In this document: positions 27,930-37,829 of the stretch, in pieces
Layout of the letters: each line of letters starts with the position of its first letter
How positions within the stretch are numbered: position 1 is the first letter of the stretch
Source: Dehalococcoidia bacterium
Lineage (GTDB): Bacteria > Chloroflexota > Dehalococcoidia > Lucifugimonadales > UBA3495
Length of the DNA stretch: 64,000 nucleotides
Direction of reading: 5' to 3'
NCBI GenBank assembly: GCA_965232845.1
Contig: OZ247428.1
Location: forward strand, 1,703,483-1,767,482
The notes under the pieces: generated by a model
Seen by the model: the letters and a program-made list of their open reading frames with translations, nothing else
Told to the model about the DNA's origin: nothing
Databases searched by the model: none
Made by a program: the position numbers and the translations under genes

Positions 27930-28500
27930 GCGCATGCCATTGCGCCAGACCTTGATGGCGGGGTTGTGCCCAATGCTCACGGGCCCAGAGATACAGTGCA
28001 TCACGAGTCTTCAGGCAATAACGGCGACGAGTTTTACTGCCCCACTTGCGTTCCGTTGCTCCAGCGTTTCTTGACCTCCATTCTACCGATCATAGCGAGT
28101 TAATGTCCCAGGACAATGGACCCTGTACATACCGTTTATACCTCAACAGTGATTTACGATTTGCATCGATATATCAGGCACAAACATTGACATGCTTCGT
28201 AACACCCCAATATACTTGCCGATAATTTAGAGGATGCCCGCTTAACCAGCGATTTTTGCGTTGAGGGATCAGTTCCCTGCCAACCAGTTCTTTGCCGTCC
28301 CTTGCCCCGGTTTCGGGTAGGAGACCAACCCTCAACTCCACCATTCTTTAGCAAAGGAGGTGCCATCAAAGAAATTCCCACTGACAGCACATATTGTTTG
28401 AAGGAAAACCGGACCCAATTCACCGTATTCCTGTTGACCCACGACACGGCGGTATCTTTGACACAGATGTGATATCCGACCCATCGTAGCGCTCGCATCT
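27930..28500 (-). pseudogene. Highly degraded IS630/Tc1-mariner-like transposase remnant (tentative)
   Basis: There is no long ORF. Fragments spread over three minus-strand frames include ELRVGLLPETGARDGKELVGRELIPQ, which is comparable to the IS630 block IELxxLPPYSPELNPxExxWxxLK. A C-terminal-like tail ...RYCLKTRDALYLWAREHW is also present. Confidence 0.3.
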
Positions 28501-28556
28501 AAGTAACTCTCTTGGCAATGGAACCACTGGCACGGAACCACCATTCGGGAGGAATA

Positions 28557-30545
28557 ATGATGAGCAAGTACAGGAAATGGAAGCTATGGCGCCTTTTTGT
28601 GGCCGGCGGCCTGATGGGCGCAATGCTTATAGTGGCCTGCGGCACAGCAGAGCCAACCGACGTACAAACCGACGTACAACCCATCGCCGAACCGGCGGCA
28701 AGCCAGCAGCAAGCTGCTCCGGCCCAACCGGCGTCACAACCTGCCGGCGCGCCAGCAGCGCAACAGCAGTCTGGCTCCGGTTCTACGGGTTCGTCGGAAG
28801 CCCCGGCACAGGAACCGGCGGGTCAGCCGGCGCCTACCCCTACAACCGTGGCCCAGGCAGCTTTGGCTCCTGCGTCTGAGTCGGTGATGGGGCCCAGGGA
28901 AGCTCCCTCATTTGCTTCATACTGGACGCCACCGACCGCCTTTTACGGCGACCCGGTTTATGGCGGAACCCTGCGCATCAACTACGAGGACCCCCTGGAG
29001 CACGCCAACGTTTGGGGCGCTCGTAGCGGGACCACCATCCGCTACCGGGTTCCGACTCACGATACCCTGATCCAGGACAACCCTTACGATCCAGGGGCCC
29101 CTTTCATTCCCGGCCTGGCCCATGGCTGGACCGTCGACGATGACCTGAAAGGGGTAACTTTCTTCCTCAAGGACAACGTTCTGTGGCACAACGGCGAGCC
29201 GATGACCTGTGAGGACGCCCGCTACAGTTACGAAATCATGATTACGGAAGAGGGCATTACCGGTTCCTACATGAAGAACCGGCTAACCGACGTGGACCTG
29301 AACCAGATGCAGTGCGTGGATGAGTCCGCTCTGAAGTTCAGATTTACCGCTCCGTCGGCAGTACCGCTGCTCAGCTTTGGCAACCCGGCGGCCATGATCT
29401 TCAACAAGCAGTGGTTCCTGGACGGTGGCGAAGATGCCATGTTCCAGGACGTCTCGCTGGGAACTGGACCATTCATCTGGGGCGCGGGCCAGCAGGTCGG
29501 CGTGGATGAGCAGACTTTCGAGAGGAATCCCAACTACCACGTTGACGGGTTGCCGTATGTAAACGAGGTAACGGTATTCGGCATCCTGGATGAGTCGGCG
29601 CAGCAGGCAGCGATGCTGGCGCACCAGACCGACTGGCACTGGGTCCGCAACTTCGGCCAATACGACCAGTATGTGAAGCACGACCAGATCCAGACGGTGA
29701 TCCGCGCCACCCGGAGCAGCGAAAACCTGTGGATCAACACGCGGAATGAACCCTTCGACAACGTGCGAATCCGGCAGGCCATCGCCATGGGATTCGACAA
29801 GGTGACCGGTATCAAGGTAACCCTGTCCGGTTACGGTTCGGTTGGTTTGGGGCTCATGCCTCCCGGCAGTCCCTGGGCCCTGTCAGAAGAGGCGGCCTGC
29901 GGCGTCCCGGGCTGGTGCCCACCCGCCGATATGGAGGCACAGAGGGCCGCGGCCATCCAGATACTGAATGAGGAGGGTTTCAACTTCGACAAGACATACG
30001 TCCTGACGGTAGAAAGCGATAACCAGCGGGTCAACCGCGCCACCTATATGCAAGAGCAGCTTCGGTTGCTGGGCATAGAGACCGACTTCGACACCGTCGA
30101 GACTATCGCATACCGGAAGACCAGGCAGGCCGGTGACTGGGGTGACTTCATGGCATCCACCGGCGGGGTAGCCGGCGTGGACGATCCCTTCCTGGGACTG
30201 GGCCATTATCACCGGTGTGCCAGCCTGTACAACTTCCAGACGCCCGGTTCCGCTTGCGATGCCCAGTCAGAGGCTATGTTTGAGGAGCTGGGCCAGATGA
30301 CCGCGTTCGAAGACCGGTTGAAGTTGGGGCAGGAAATCCAGCTGCACCTCATGGCGCAATACTGGAACTTCCCCTCCTTCTGGGAACAGGAAGCCGTCGC
30401 CTTCTGGCCGGAAGTCCGCGGTTATGTCCACTTCCCTGGCCCCACCTCCAGCCATTTGCGGTGGGCCCACATGTGGATAGATCCTAACCATCTCAACGAC
30501 TCGGGCTTCTCGGGCCAGACCCAGGGAGTGCCCGGCGGCGAATAA
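28557..30545 (+). CDS. ABC transporter substrate-binding lipoprotein, family 5 (peptide/nickel type)
   Basis: The start is at 28557 or 28560, after a GGGAGGA RBS. It has a signal peptide with lipobox LIVAC and a Q/A/P/S-rich linker. A DppA/OppA-like body follows. Confidence 0.8.
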   Translation: MMSKYRKWKLWRLFVAGGLMGAMLIVACGTAEPTDVQTDVQPIAEPAASQQQAAPAQPASQPAGAPAAQQQSGSGSTGSSEAPAQEPAGQPAPTPTTVAQAALAPASESVMGPREAPSFASYWTPPTAFYGDPVYGGTLRINYEDPLEHANVWGARSGTTIRYRVPTHDTLIQDNPYDPGAPFIPGLAHGWTVDDDLKGVTFFLKDNVLWHNGEPMTCEDARYSYEIMITEEGITGSYMKNRLTDVDLNQMQCVDESALKFRFTAPSAVPLLSFGNPAAMIFNKQWFLDGGEDAMFQDVSLGTGPFIWGAGQQVGVDEQTFERNPNYHVDGLPYVNEVTVFGILDESAQQAAMLAHQTDWHWVRNFGQYDQYVKHDQIQTVIRATRSSENLWINTRNEPFDNVRIRQAIAMGFDKVTGIKVTLSGYGSVGLGLMPPGSPWALSEEAACGVPGWCPPADMEAQRAAAIQILNEEGFNFDKTYVLTVESDNQRVNRATYMQEQLRLLGIETDFDTVETIAYRKTRQAGDWGDFMASTGGVAGVDDPFLGLGHYHRCASLYNFQTPGSACDAQSEAMFEELGQMTAFEDRLKLGQEIQLHLMAQYWNFPSFWEQEAVAFWPEVRGYVHFPGPTSSHLRWAHMWIDPNHLNDSGFSGQTQGVPGGE

Positions 30546-30572
30546 ACCGGACCTGAACAAGGGGATAATTTT

Positions 30573-30609
30573 GGGCCACCCAATCCCGGTTGGGTGGCCC
30601 TGGTTTTTC
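30573..30609 (+). terminator. Rho-independent terminator
   Basis: 11-bp stem GGGCCACCCAA/TTGGGTGGCCC with a 6-nt loop, followed by TGGTTTTT. Confidence 0.75.
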
Positions 30610-30961
30610 TTCGTTGAAGGTTGACTGACGGCTTCGGTTGATTGACGGCCTGAGGCAAGGCGACCAAAGTTCCTCTGCTGCTATTTGCTACGGGGTGCTC
30701 CTATGTGCTGCAAAGTGCTGCAAAGCTCCCAAACCTCCCCGCTATTCTTGACCCCAAGTTTGCCATGTGATTAACTTTAGCGCACTGTCATTACCTACGA
30801 GCCGTACCCATCTATCGTCCCTTCCTCTCACGCTTGTTCTAACCACACTTGCGATGGTTTTTGCAGGGAGAGGCGCCGTTGGTAAATGCGGAATGGGTGT
30901 CGCAGGCCACTACCCGGGCACCAACCGGACACCAGATTGAGAACAACAGAGGGGAGAGACT

Positions 30962-32041
30962 ATGGATTTTGGGATTTTCATGCAGTTCGAGCGCCGCGAC
31001 GGCGGCAGTCAGGCCGACGCCTTTCAGGAGGGGTTTGCCCTGGTGGATGCCGCCGAGGCGTGGGGCCTGGACGAAGCCTGGCTATCCGAAGTCCACTTTG
31101 CTCCCACCCGTACCGTCCTGTCCTCGCCGGCAGTCATTGCAAGTTCCATAGCCACCCGCACCGAACGCCTTCGAGTGGGCACCGCAGTCTCGGTGCTGCC
31201 CCTGGGCAATCCCCTGCGAATTGCCGAGGAAATGGCCACTGTTGACCAGATAGCCGAGGGCCGGTTTGACTTCGGCATTGGCCGCAGCGCCTTCCCCCGA
31301 GCTTACGACGTTTACGGGATTCCCTACGAGGAAAGCCGGGGCCGCTTTGAAGAGGCGCTGGAGATTATTCTGGAAGCCTGGAAGGGAGACGCTTTTTCCT
31401 ATCACGGCGAATACTTCCAAATTGAAAACGCTCACATTTCCCCTACTCCCTACACTCTCCCGCACCCACCCCTGCGGGTCGCCGCAACCACCGAGGAAAC
31501 TTTCCCCCGCATGGGGCAACAGGGAATGCCAATCTTTGTTGGCCTGCGGGGCATGGACCTCAACGACCTGCAGGTTAACCTGGCAAAGTACCGGGAAGCC
31601 TGGCACGCCGCCGGTCACCCAAGAAACGACAACCCACGAACGGAGGCAGGCACGTACGGCGATGTATCCCTGCGAATCCCGATATATGCTGGAGACACCG
31701 AGCAGGCAGCGCTAGAAGAACCCTCGGAGAGCATCCACTCCTACTTCAGTCGCATGAGTTCCCTTTATCGGGATTCGGCCGGCAGCGCGGGCACCGAGGC
31801 CACGGAACTCCGACAAGGCCGTGGCGACCGCCTCGCCAGCATGACGTTTGAAAATATGCTGGAGACCAAGGTGGCTTTTGGCTCCGCCGAGGGTCTGGTT
31901 ACCCGCCTTTCCCAGTTGGAAGAAGACTTGGGCCTCAAGAGCGTCATCGCTGAACTCAACCCGGGCGGCCTGATACCTCCGGAGCGGGTGATGCACAGCA
32001 TGGAAATCCTGGCCAAGGATGTGGCGCCCCGCTTCAAATAA
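30962..32041 (+). CDS. LLM-class (luciferase-like) flavin-dependent oxidoreductase
   Basis: 359 aa. MDFGIFMQFE...GLDEAWLSEVHF...RLRVGTAVSVLPLGNPLRIAEE is typical of the bacterial luciferase-like TIM barrel family. Confidence 0.8.
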   Translation: MDFGIFMQFERRDGGSQADAFQEGFALVDAAEAWGLDEAWLSEVHFAPTRTVLSSPAVIASSIATRTERLRVGTAVSVLPLGNPLRIAEEMATVDQIAEGRFDFGIGRSAFPRAYDVYGIPYEESRGRFEEALEIILEAWKGDAFSYHGEYFQIENAHISPTPYTLPHPPLRVAATTEETFPRMGQQGMPIFVGLRGMDLNDLQVNLAKYREAWHAAGHPRNDNPRTEAGTYGDVSLRIPIYAGDTEQAALEEPSESIHSYFSRMSSLYRDSAGSAGTEATELRQGRGDRLASMTFENMLETKVAFGSAEGLVTRLSQLEEDLGLKSVIAELNPGGLIPPERVMHSMEILAKDVAPRFK

Positions 32042-32061
32042 GCCCTCAGGAGAAGTCCCCC

Positions 32062-33048
32062 TTGAAAGTAGCAGTACTGGATGATTACCAGGACGTGGCC
32101 CTGAGCATGGCAGACTGGTCTGCCCTGCCTGAAGGATCGGAAGTCGAGGTTTTCCGTAACCACCTGGCGGAAGAAGAACCCCTGGTCGAGCGACTGCAGG
32201 GCTTTGACGCGGTAGTTGGAATGCGGGAACGCACCGCCTTCCCCAGGTCAGTCCTGGCGCGCCTGCCCGACCTGCGCCTCTTGATAACCACCGGCGGACG
32301 CAACGCCTCGTTCGACGTTGAAGCCGCCACCGAACTGGGCATCGTGGTCTGCGGCACCGGTGGGGCCGGAGAAGGGCCCACCGAGCTGACCTGGGGCCTG
32401 ATTATCGGCCTCCTGCGCAAGATACCCCAGGAAGACCGGCTAACCCGTGAGGGCCACTGGCAGACCACCATCGGAGTAGGACTGAAAGACCAGACCCTGG
32501 GACTTATCGGGCTGGGCCACATCGGCGGCCTGATGGCAAGGGTCGGCAACGCCTTCCAGATGAACGTAATCGCCTGGAGCCAGAACCTGACCGCAGAGCG
32601 CGCCGCCGAGTGCGACGCCACCCTGGTGGACAAGGATACCCTGTTCCGGGAATCGGAAATCGCCTCGGTGCATCTGCGCCTGAGCGACCGCACGCTGGGC
32701 CTGGTGGGGGCGCGGGAAATCGCACTGATGAAGTCCACCGCTTACCTGGTAAACATCTCCCGTGGGCCCATCGTGGATGAGGCCGCGCTGGTGGACGCGT
32801 TGCAGCGCAAGGCTATTGCTGGCGCCGCCCTGGACACCTTTGACGTAGAACCGCTTCCCAGGAATCATCCATTCCTGCAGCTGGACAACACCATCATCGC
32901 TCCCCACCTCGGTTACGTGACTGAGGTAGGCTACCGGGCCTTCTATGCCGGGGCCATCGAGGATGTACGAGCCTACGCTGCCGGTGAACCCGTCCGAGTG
33001 ATCAACCAGGAAGTTTTGGATGCCCCCCAATTGCGTGCCCAACCCTGA
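32062..33048 (+). CDS. D-isomer-specific 2-hydroxyacid dehydrogenase family protein
   Basis: 328 aa with a TTG start. It has the NAD-binding motif GLIGLGHIGG, the RGPIVDEAAL block and a catalytic His within APHLGY. Confidence 0.8.
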   Translation: MKVAVLDDYQDVALSMADWSALPEGSEVEVFRNHLAEEEPLVERLQGFDAVVGMRERTAFPRSVLARLPDLRLLITTGGRNASFDVEAATELGIVVCGTGGAGEGPTELTWGLIIGLLRKIPQEDRLTREGHWQTTIGVGLKDQTLGLIGLGHIGGLMARVGNAFQMNVIAWSQNLTAERAAECDATLVDKDTLFRESEIASVHLRLSDRTLGLVGAREIALMKSTAYLVNISRGPIVDEAALVDALQRKAIAGAALDTFDVEPLPRNHPFLQLDNTIIAPHLGYVTEVGYRAFYAGAIEDVRAYAAGEPVRVINQEVLDAPQLRAQP

Positions 33049-33167
33049 GTTGTTTGCAATAATAAGGGGGCACACCTGGGTCTTATACCATTCCCTGTTT
33101 TCGCTAACCCAGGCATGAAGGCGGCATTCCTTGATTTCCGCTTAGCCAACCAAATACGGAGCAAACC

Positions 33168-34133
33168 ATGAAAGCAGTAAGAATCGAGGAATTCGGCGGG
33201 CTTGAAGTCCTCCAATGGAAGGATGTCTCCGAGCCGAGCATTCGGCCAGGCCAGGTGATTATCAAGGTGGACTCCTCAGGGGTTAACTACGCCGACATCA
33301 TGCGGCGGCAGGGCAATTACCCCGGGCCGGACCTGCCCTCTACCCTGGGACTGGAAGCTGCCGGCACGATCACCGAAGTCGGCGAAGGGGTAACCGGCCT
33401 CAGTGTGGGGCAGAGGGTGCTGGGCATGGGACCCCAGGGCAATGCCGAGTACGTCTCCATCAACGCCAATTACGTTTTCCCCTACCCGGAAACCGTTGAC
33501 CCGGTCCACGCCGGCGGTATGCCCATTGTGTTTCTCACGGCCTACCACCTGCTGAAGACCCGGGGACAGGTACAGCCCGGCGACACGGTGCTCATTCAGG
33601 CCGGGGCATCCGGTGTGGGAACCGTGGCCATCCAGTTGGCCAAAGCCGGGGGCGCTCGAGTCATCACCACGGCATCTTCCGCAGAAAAACTGGACCTTAC
33701 CCGCTCCCTGGGGGCCGACGAGACCATCAACTATGTTGCGCAGGACTTTGAGGAAGAAGTCCGCCAGATGACCAACGGCAACGGCGTGGAGTTGGTGCTG
33801 GAGTGCGTCGGCGGCCCCGTTCTGGAAAAGAGCGTCAGGTGCGTCGCTTCATACGGCAAACTGATCTCCTATGGCAACGCCTCGGGAACCGCGGCTTCGC
33901 TGGCAGGAGGGGACATCTTCGGCGCCAATCGCACCGTTATCGGCTTCAGCATGGGCCGGTCGCCCGCCGGACGCCTGGACCACCCGGCAGCCATGGCTGA
34001 GCTTTTCCCCATGCTGGCCGATGGCAGGGTTCGCCTTGTGGTGGACCGGGTGCTGCCCATGTCCGAAGTTGCCCAGGCGCACCAACATCTCTCAAACCGG
34101 GGAACCCACGGCAAGGTAATTCTTACTCCTTAA
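33168..34133 (+). CDS. NADPH:quinone oxidoreductase / zinc-independent MDR family
   Basis: 321 aa with an MDR fold, cofactor motif GASGVGTVAIQLAK and C-terminal GKVILTP. Confidence 0.8.
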   Translation: MKAVRIEEFGGLEVLQWKDVSEPSIRPGQVIIKVDSSGVNYADIMRRQGNYPGPDLPSTLGLEAAGTITEVGEGVTGLSVGQRVLGMGPQGNAEYVSINANYVFPYPETVDPVHAGGMPIVFLTAYHLLKTRGQVQPGDTVLIQAGASGVGTVAIQLAKAGGARVITTASSAEKLDLTRSLGADETINYVAQDFEEEVRQMTNGNGVELVLECVGGPVLEKSVRCVASYGKLISYGNASGTAASLAGGDIFGANRTVIGFSMGRSPAGRLDHPAAMAELFPMLADGRVRLVVDRVLPMSEVAQAHQHLSNRGTHGKVILTP

Positions 34134-34182
34134 ATGCCAGAATAGCTGCCCAAAAGCAGCCGCAATTAAGGAGAAGTTGGAC

Positions 34183-35411
34183 ATGACCGAGCCAGTTCCC
34201 GCACGTACCGGCGACATGTTGGTGCTGGTGGGTACACGCAAGGGCGGTTTTATCCTGTCAGGCGATCAGTCCCGAAACAAGTGGCCCGAAGCAAGTGGAA
34301 GGTTTTGAGCCCATTCAGCCCGGGCAGCGACTTCTATCACCTTATCTAAGGGCACCTGATCTACGATGCTCGCACCGGTGGGAAGCTTATCGCCGCCAGC
34401 AACAGCATGTGGTATGGCCCCCAGGTGGAGTACAGCTGCAACCTGGGACAGACCTGGCAGCAAGCTACTTCTCAGCCTCGATTCAAGTCAATTCAATTAA
34501 GAAGCCGAATGTGCCGAGCACGACGGGCCAACCGTCAGCCGCATCTGGCACATAGAGCCCGCGAGGCCGATGAACCTGATGCCTATTACGCCGGCGTTCA
34601 GCCCGCTGCATTGTTCAAGTCCACTGACGGAGGGTCAATTTCGCTGACGGCGGGGGCACGAAGTCGAAGGGCTGGGCTACTATTTGACCAAGGGCAGGCG
34701 ACCAGGGCCGAGTGGATGCCCGGGTTCGGTGGCCTCTGCCTCCACAGCATCGCCCTGGATCTGGTACAGGCGAACCGACAGCCGAACCGGATGTGGACAG
34801 GGATTTCCGCCGCCGGGGTGTTTCGCACCGCTGATGGAGGCGAGAAGTGGAAGCCCACCAACCGGGGTGTCCGAGCCGACTTCAACCCGGCAGACCCTCT
34901 GCCCGAATGGGGCCAGTGCCCCCAAAAGCTGCTCCCCCAGCCTGCCAGGCCGGGCCTGCTTTACCAGCAAAACCACTGCGGGGTGTACCGCACTGGCAAC
35001 TATGGCGACGAATGGACCGACATCACCGAGGGTCTTCCATCCCGCTTCGGCTTCGTGGTTGGCCTGCATCCAAGAGAGCCGGACACGCTGTTTGTGTTGC
35101 CCGAGGACGAGGCGCTGGGCACCGACGTTGGCGGCGGAATTCGCTACATATCCGGGGCCAGGTTCCGTGTCTTCCGGAGCCGGACTGGCGGCCAGGACTG
35201 GGAACCGTTGACCAACGGCCTGCCCCAGCAACACGCCTACGTTCTTGTGCTGCGAGAGGGCATGGCAACGGACTCCCTTGACCCGGTGGGAGTTTACGTA
35301 GGTACCGTGAACGGCCAGATATTCTACAGCCGGGACGAGGGCGACCACAGGGAGTTGATGATTGAAAACCTGCCTCCAATCAATTCGGTGGAGGTTGCGG
35401 TGGCAGTGTAG
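34183..35411 (+). pseudogene. Decayed BNR/sialidase-like (glycosyl hydrolase BNR repeat family) gene
   Basis: A good RBS and ATG are present at 34183. The first ~550 nt is broken by several stops and frameshifts: a stop near 34306, TAA near 34348, and shifts around 34480-34560 and 34630-34700. The 3' ~700 nt reads through intact (RTADGGEKW...LYQQNHCGVYRTGNYGDEW...RSRTGGQDW...SRDEGDH). Confidence 0.7.
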
Positions 35412-35446
35412 GCATCTCTAGCAAGGCCCACACTTTTTTCAGACCT

Positions 35447-35485
35447 TGAATCAGAAAGAACAGGGCGATGCAGTCATCGCCCCTG
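35447..35485 (-). terminator. Rho-independent terminator of the thi operon
   Basis: The stem is GGGCGATG/CATCGCCC inside CAGGGCGATGCAGTCATCGCCCCTG (35461-35485). On the minus strand it is followed by a T-rich tract. Confidence 0.6.
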
Positions 35486-35517
35486 TAACTTACGTGAGTC
35501 CGGTGACTTCCTGTCGT

Positions 35518-35754
35518 TCACTCAATTGTTTTCTCTTTCAACACAGTCAACAACTGCCAGAGTCGGTGCCAGACCAGCCGTCGTTCCTCGTCAGTTAATG
35601 ATTCTCCCTTATGTTCCCTGCAGACCCTCACCGCCTTGCCGGCCAGGAAGCCCCAGCTTCCCGGCTCCTCCTTAATCCAACCCGCCACTTTCTCCCGGTT
35701 TTCCTTGAGTACGGAAACCAGCAGAGTGTCCAGGCTTTCCTGCGAAGTGCTCAC
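35518..35754 (-). CDS. Small protein with GatB/YqeY-like C-terminal domain (tentative)
   Basis: 78 aa. Its GTG start overlaps the thiS stop (GTGA). VLKENREKVAGWIKEEPGSWGFLAGKAVRV resembles the GatB_YqeY motif (..enp..v..y..g...alGfLvGqvm). Confidence 0.4.
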   Translation of the reverse strand: MSTSQESLDTLLVSVLKENREKVAGWIKEEPGSWGFLAGKAVRVCREHKGESLTDEERRLVWHRLWQLLTVLKEKTIE

Positions 35755-35963
35755 CCTCCGCCCACAGGCCGTACAATTTCCAGGCTGTCGCCATTCTGCA
35801 GGACAACCTCGGCAAAGGACTCTTTCTTGATAACTTCGCCGTTGTATCCCACCGCGACAAACTTCAGGTCGAGGCCAAAGGCCGTAAGGTAAGCTTCCAG
35901 GTTGGTGGATTCCTCCACCTCCCTGGTCTTTCCGTTCACCATCAGGTTTATCATGTCAGACAT
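35751..35963 (-). CDS. thiS: Thiamine biosynthesis sulfur-carrier protein ThiS
   Basis: 70 aa ending in ...LEIVRPVGGG (C-terminal Gly-Gly), with an AAAGGA RBS. The longer 145-aa ORF extension was rejected. Confidence 0.8.
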   Translation of the reverse strand: MSDMINLMVNGKTREVEESTNLEAYLTAFGLDLKFVAVGYNGEVIKKESFAEVVLQNGDSLEIVRPVGGG

Positions 35964-36016
35964 TCCTTTCTTGACCCCCAAAAGGGACTGACCACCATAG
36001 TAACAGCGTGGCTGAC

Positions 36017-36679
36017 TTAACGGGCAAGGGCAGACACTAACGTTTCCTTCAGGCGGCGGGCCGCCTCTCCGGGCTGGGGATGGGCCAGTATCCCTGTAAT
36101 GACAGCCACGCCCATGGCCCCGGCGGAAATCACCTCTCCGCAATTGTCTGAGGTTATGCCACCAATCCCGACCACCGGCACCGAACACTCTGGGACAATC
36201 CTGCTGATCAATTGGGGACCGGCAGGTTCCTCACCCGGGTGGGAACGGCTGGCAAACATTGTGCCCGCCACCAGAAAATCGGCTCCATCGGCCACCGCCT
36301 GTTTCGACCCCTCCACCGAATGGACAGAGCGCCCAATCAGCAATTCCGGACCCAGCAGCCTGCGGGCGGCCCCTACAGGTATGGCATCCTCACCCAACTG
36401 TACCCCGTTGGCGACCATGTTGGGGGCGAGGGCAGCGGCCACATCCACTCGTTCGTTGACCAGGAGCAGCGCCCTGTCACCCACGGCCTCGCGGAGACGG
36501 CAGGCCCATTCCAGCAGTTGGGCGCCGTGCAGGTCCTTTTCCCGCAACTGCACCAGGTCAACTCCACCATCCACGGCCTGCGCAACCCGGGCAACCAGGG
36601 TGGCTTCATCGCCCACACGACGGTCGGTTACCAGGCAAAGGCAGGGCTCGGGCAAACGATTTACCAGACGGTGCACCAA
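36017..36679 (-). CDS. thiE: Thiamine-phosphate synthase
   Basis: 220 aa. The blocks LCLVTDRR...VDLVQLREKD...LLVNERVDVA...GVQLGEDA...GGI follow the ThiE pattern. Confidence 0.85.
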   Translation of the reverse strand: MVHRLVNRLPEPCLCLVTDRRVGDEATLVARVAQAVDGGVDLVQLREKDLHGAQLLEWACRLREAVGDRALLLVNERVDVAAALAPNMVANGVQLGEDAIPVGAARRLLGPELLIGRSVHSVEGSKQAVADGADFLVAGTMFASRSHPGEEPAGPQLISRIVPECSVPVVGIGGITSDNCGEVISAGAMGVAVITGILAHPQPGEAARRLKETLVSALAR

Positions 36680-36806
36680 AACACTATCTCAAGAATCCCT
36701 TCCCCCTTCGACGGGGGAAGGTCAGGATGGAAGTGACAAAGCGTGACAGGTCATCCCTGTGCGAGACAACAAGTTTCATCGCCGGTCTCGAGACATTTTC
36801 CAAGTC

Positions 36807-37598
36807 CTAGCTACCTGCGGTAACCGGCTGGGGAACTTCGTCGGTCGGGCTGCTGGCCGAAGCATAGGCCCGCGTCGGTATCCGGCCCGCCAGGTAAGCC
36901 TTGCGTCCGCCTTCCACGCCATGTTTGAAGGCTTCGGCCATCTGGGCAGGATTGGCGGCCTGGGCAATAGCGGTATTGACCAATACGGCGGAAGCGCCCA
37001 TCTCCAGGGCCCTGGAGGCATCGGACGGGACCGCCAGACCGGCATCCACCACTACGGGAACATTGGCCTGCTCAATGATTATGCGCACCTCTTCTGCGGT
37101 GTGAATGCCCTGACCGGAACCTATGGCAGAGCCGAGGGGCATGACCGTGGCGCAGCCCACCTCTTCCAGGCGCCGTGCCAGCACCGGATCAGCGTGGATG
37201 TATGGCAGAACTATAAACCCCTCTTTCACCAGCAAACGTGCCGCTTCCAGGGTGCCCACCGGATCAGGGAAGAGGTACTTGGCATCTGGGATCACTTCCA
37301 GCTTAACGAAGTCCGTCTTGGCTACTTCGCGCCCGAGGCGGGCTACAAACAACGCTTCTTCAACAGTGGCACAGCCGGCGGTGTTCGGCAGAATGTTATA
37401 TTTGGTCCAGTCGATATAGTCGAGAATGGTTTTTTCCGTAGGATCGTCCAGGTTAAGACGGCGGATCGCCACGGTAACCATCTCAGTGCCGGAAGCGGCG
37501 ATAGCATCCACCATGTCCTCGTTAGTGCGGTACCGGCCAGTGCCGACGATTAGTCGGGAATTGAATTGTTTGCCACCAATTACCAAGTCATCCGACAT
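36807..37598 (-). CDS. thiG: Thiazole synthase
   Basis: The start was set at the ATG at 37598 (AAGGAG RBS). [19 protein letters not shown]...TVAIRR...NTAGC...KLEVI...[13 protein letters not shown] is the ThiG signature. Confidence 0.9.
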   Translation of the reverse strand: MSDDLVIGGKQFNSRLIVGTGRYRTNEDMVDAIAASGTEMVTVAIRRLNLDDPTEKTILDYIDWTKYNILPNTAGCATVEEALFVARLGREVAKTDFVKLEVIPDAKYLFPDPVGTLEAARLLVKEGFIVLPYIHADPVLARRLEEVGCATVMPLGSAIGSGQGIHTAEEVRIIIEQANVPVVVDAGLAVPSDASRALEMGASAVLVNTAIAQAANPAQMAEAFKHGVEGGRKAYLAGRIPTRAYASASSPTDEVPQPVTAGS

Positions 37599-37622
37599 CG
37601 CTGCAACTCCTTCTATATCCCC

Positions 37623-37661
37623 AAAATAAAACAAAAACCGCCGTTAAATTATATCGGCGGT
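37623..37661 (-). terminator. Intrinsic terminator (TPP riboswitch expression platform)
   Basis: 7-bp stem ACCGCCG/CGGCGGT (37637-37643 / 37655-37661). On the minus strand it is followed by TTTTTGTTTTATTTT. Confidence 0.7.
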
Positions 37662-37780
37662 TGCTTAATCTCCGGCGTCTCATCCCTGCGCCGGCATTAC
37701 CCGGATCAGGTACAGACGGTCGGTAGCGACTCCCGGCTACCCTCTCAGCCTGGCTTACCCAAGCTCCCGCCAGAACAACT
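37662..37780 (-). promoter_or_regulatory. TPP (THI-box) riboswitch
   Basis: The minus strand reads ...GGGAGCTTGGGTAAGCCAGGCTGAGAGGGTAGCC...TACCTGATCCGGGTAATGCCGGCGCAGGGA. The CTGAGA and ACCTGATCCGG.TAATGCCGGCG cores are both conserved. Confidence 0.9.
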
Positions 37781-37800
37781 CTTATTCGGTTTGTCAGCGA

Positions 37801-37829
37801 ACTTTAACACGCAGAAAAGCCATAGTCAA
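37801..37829 (-). promoter_or_regulatory. Sigma70-like promoter of the thi operon
   Basis: The minus strand carries TTGACT (37829-37824), a 17-nt spacer and TAAAGT (37806-37801), about 25 nt upstream of the riboswitch. Confidence 0.45.

Noticed and set aside
35964-36188. Upstream extension of thiS to a 145-aa ORF (35751..36188).
   Set aside because: The extension is Arg/Gly/Pro-rich, overlaps the 3' end of thiE and has no homology to ThiS. The ATG at 35963 with an AAAGGA RBS gives a canonical 70-aa ThiS.
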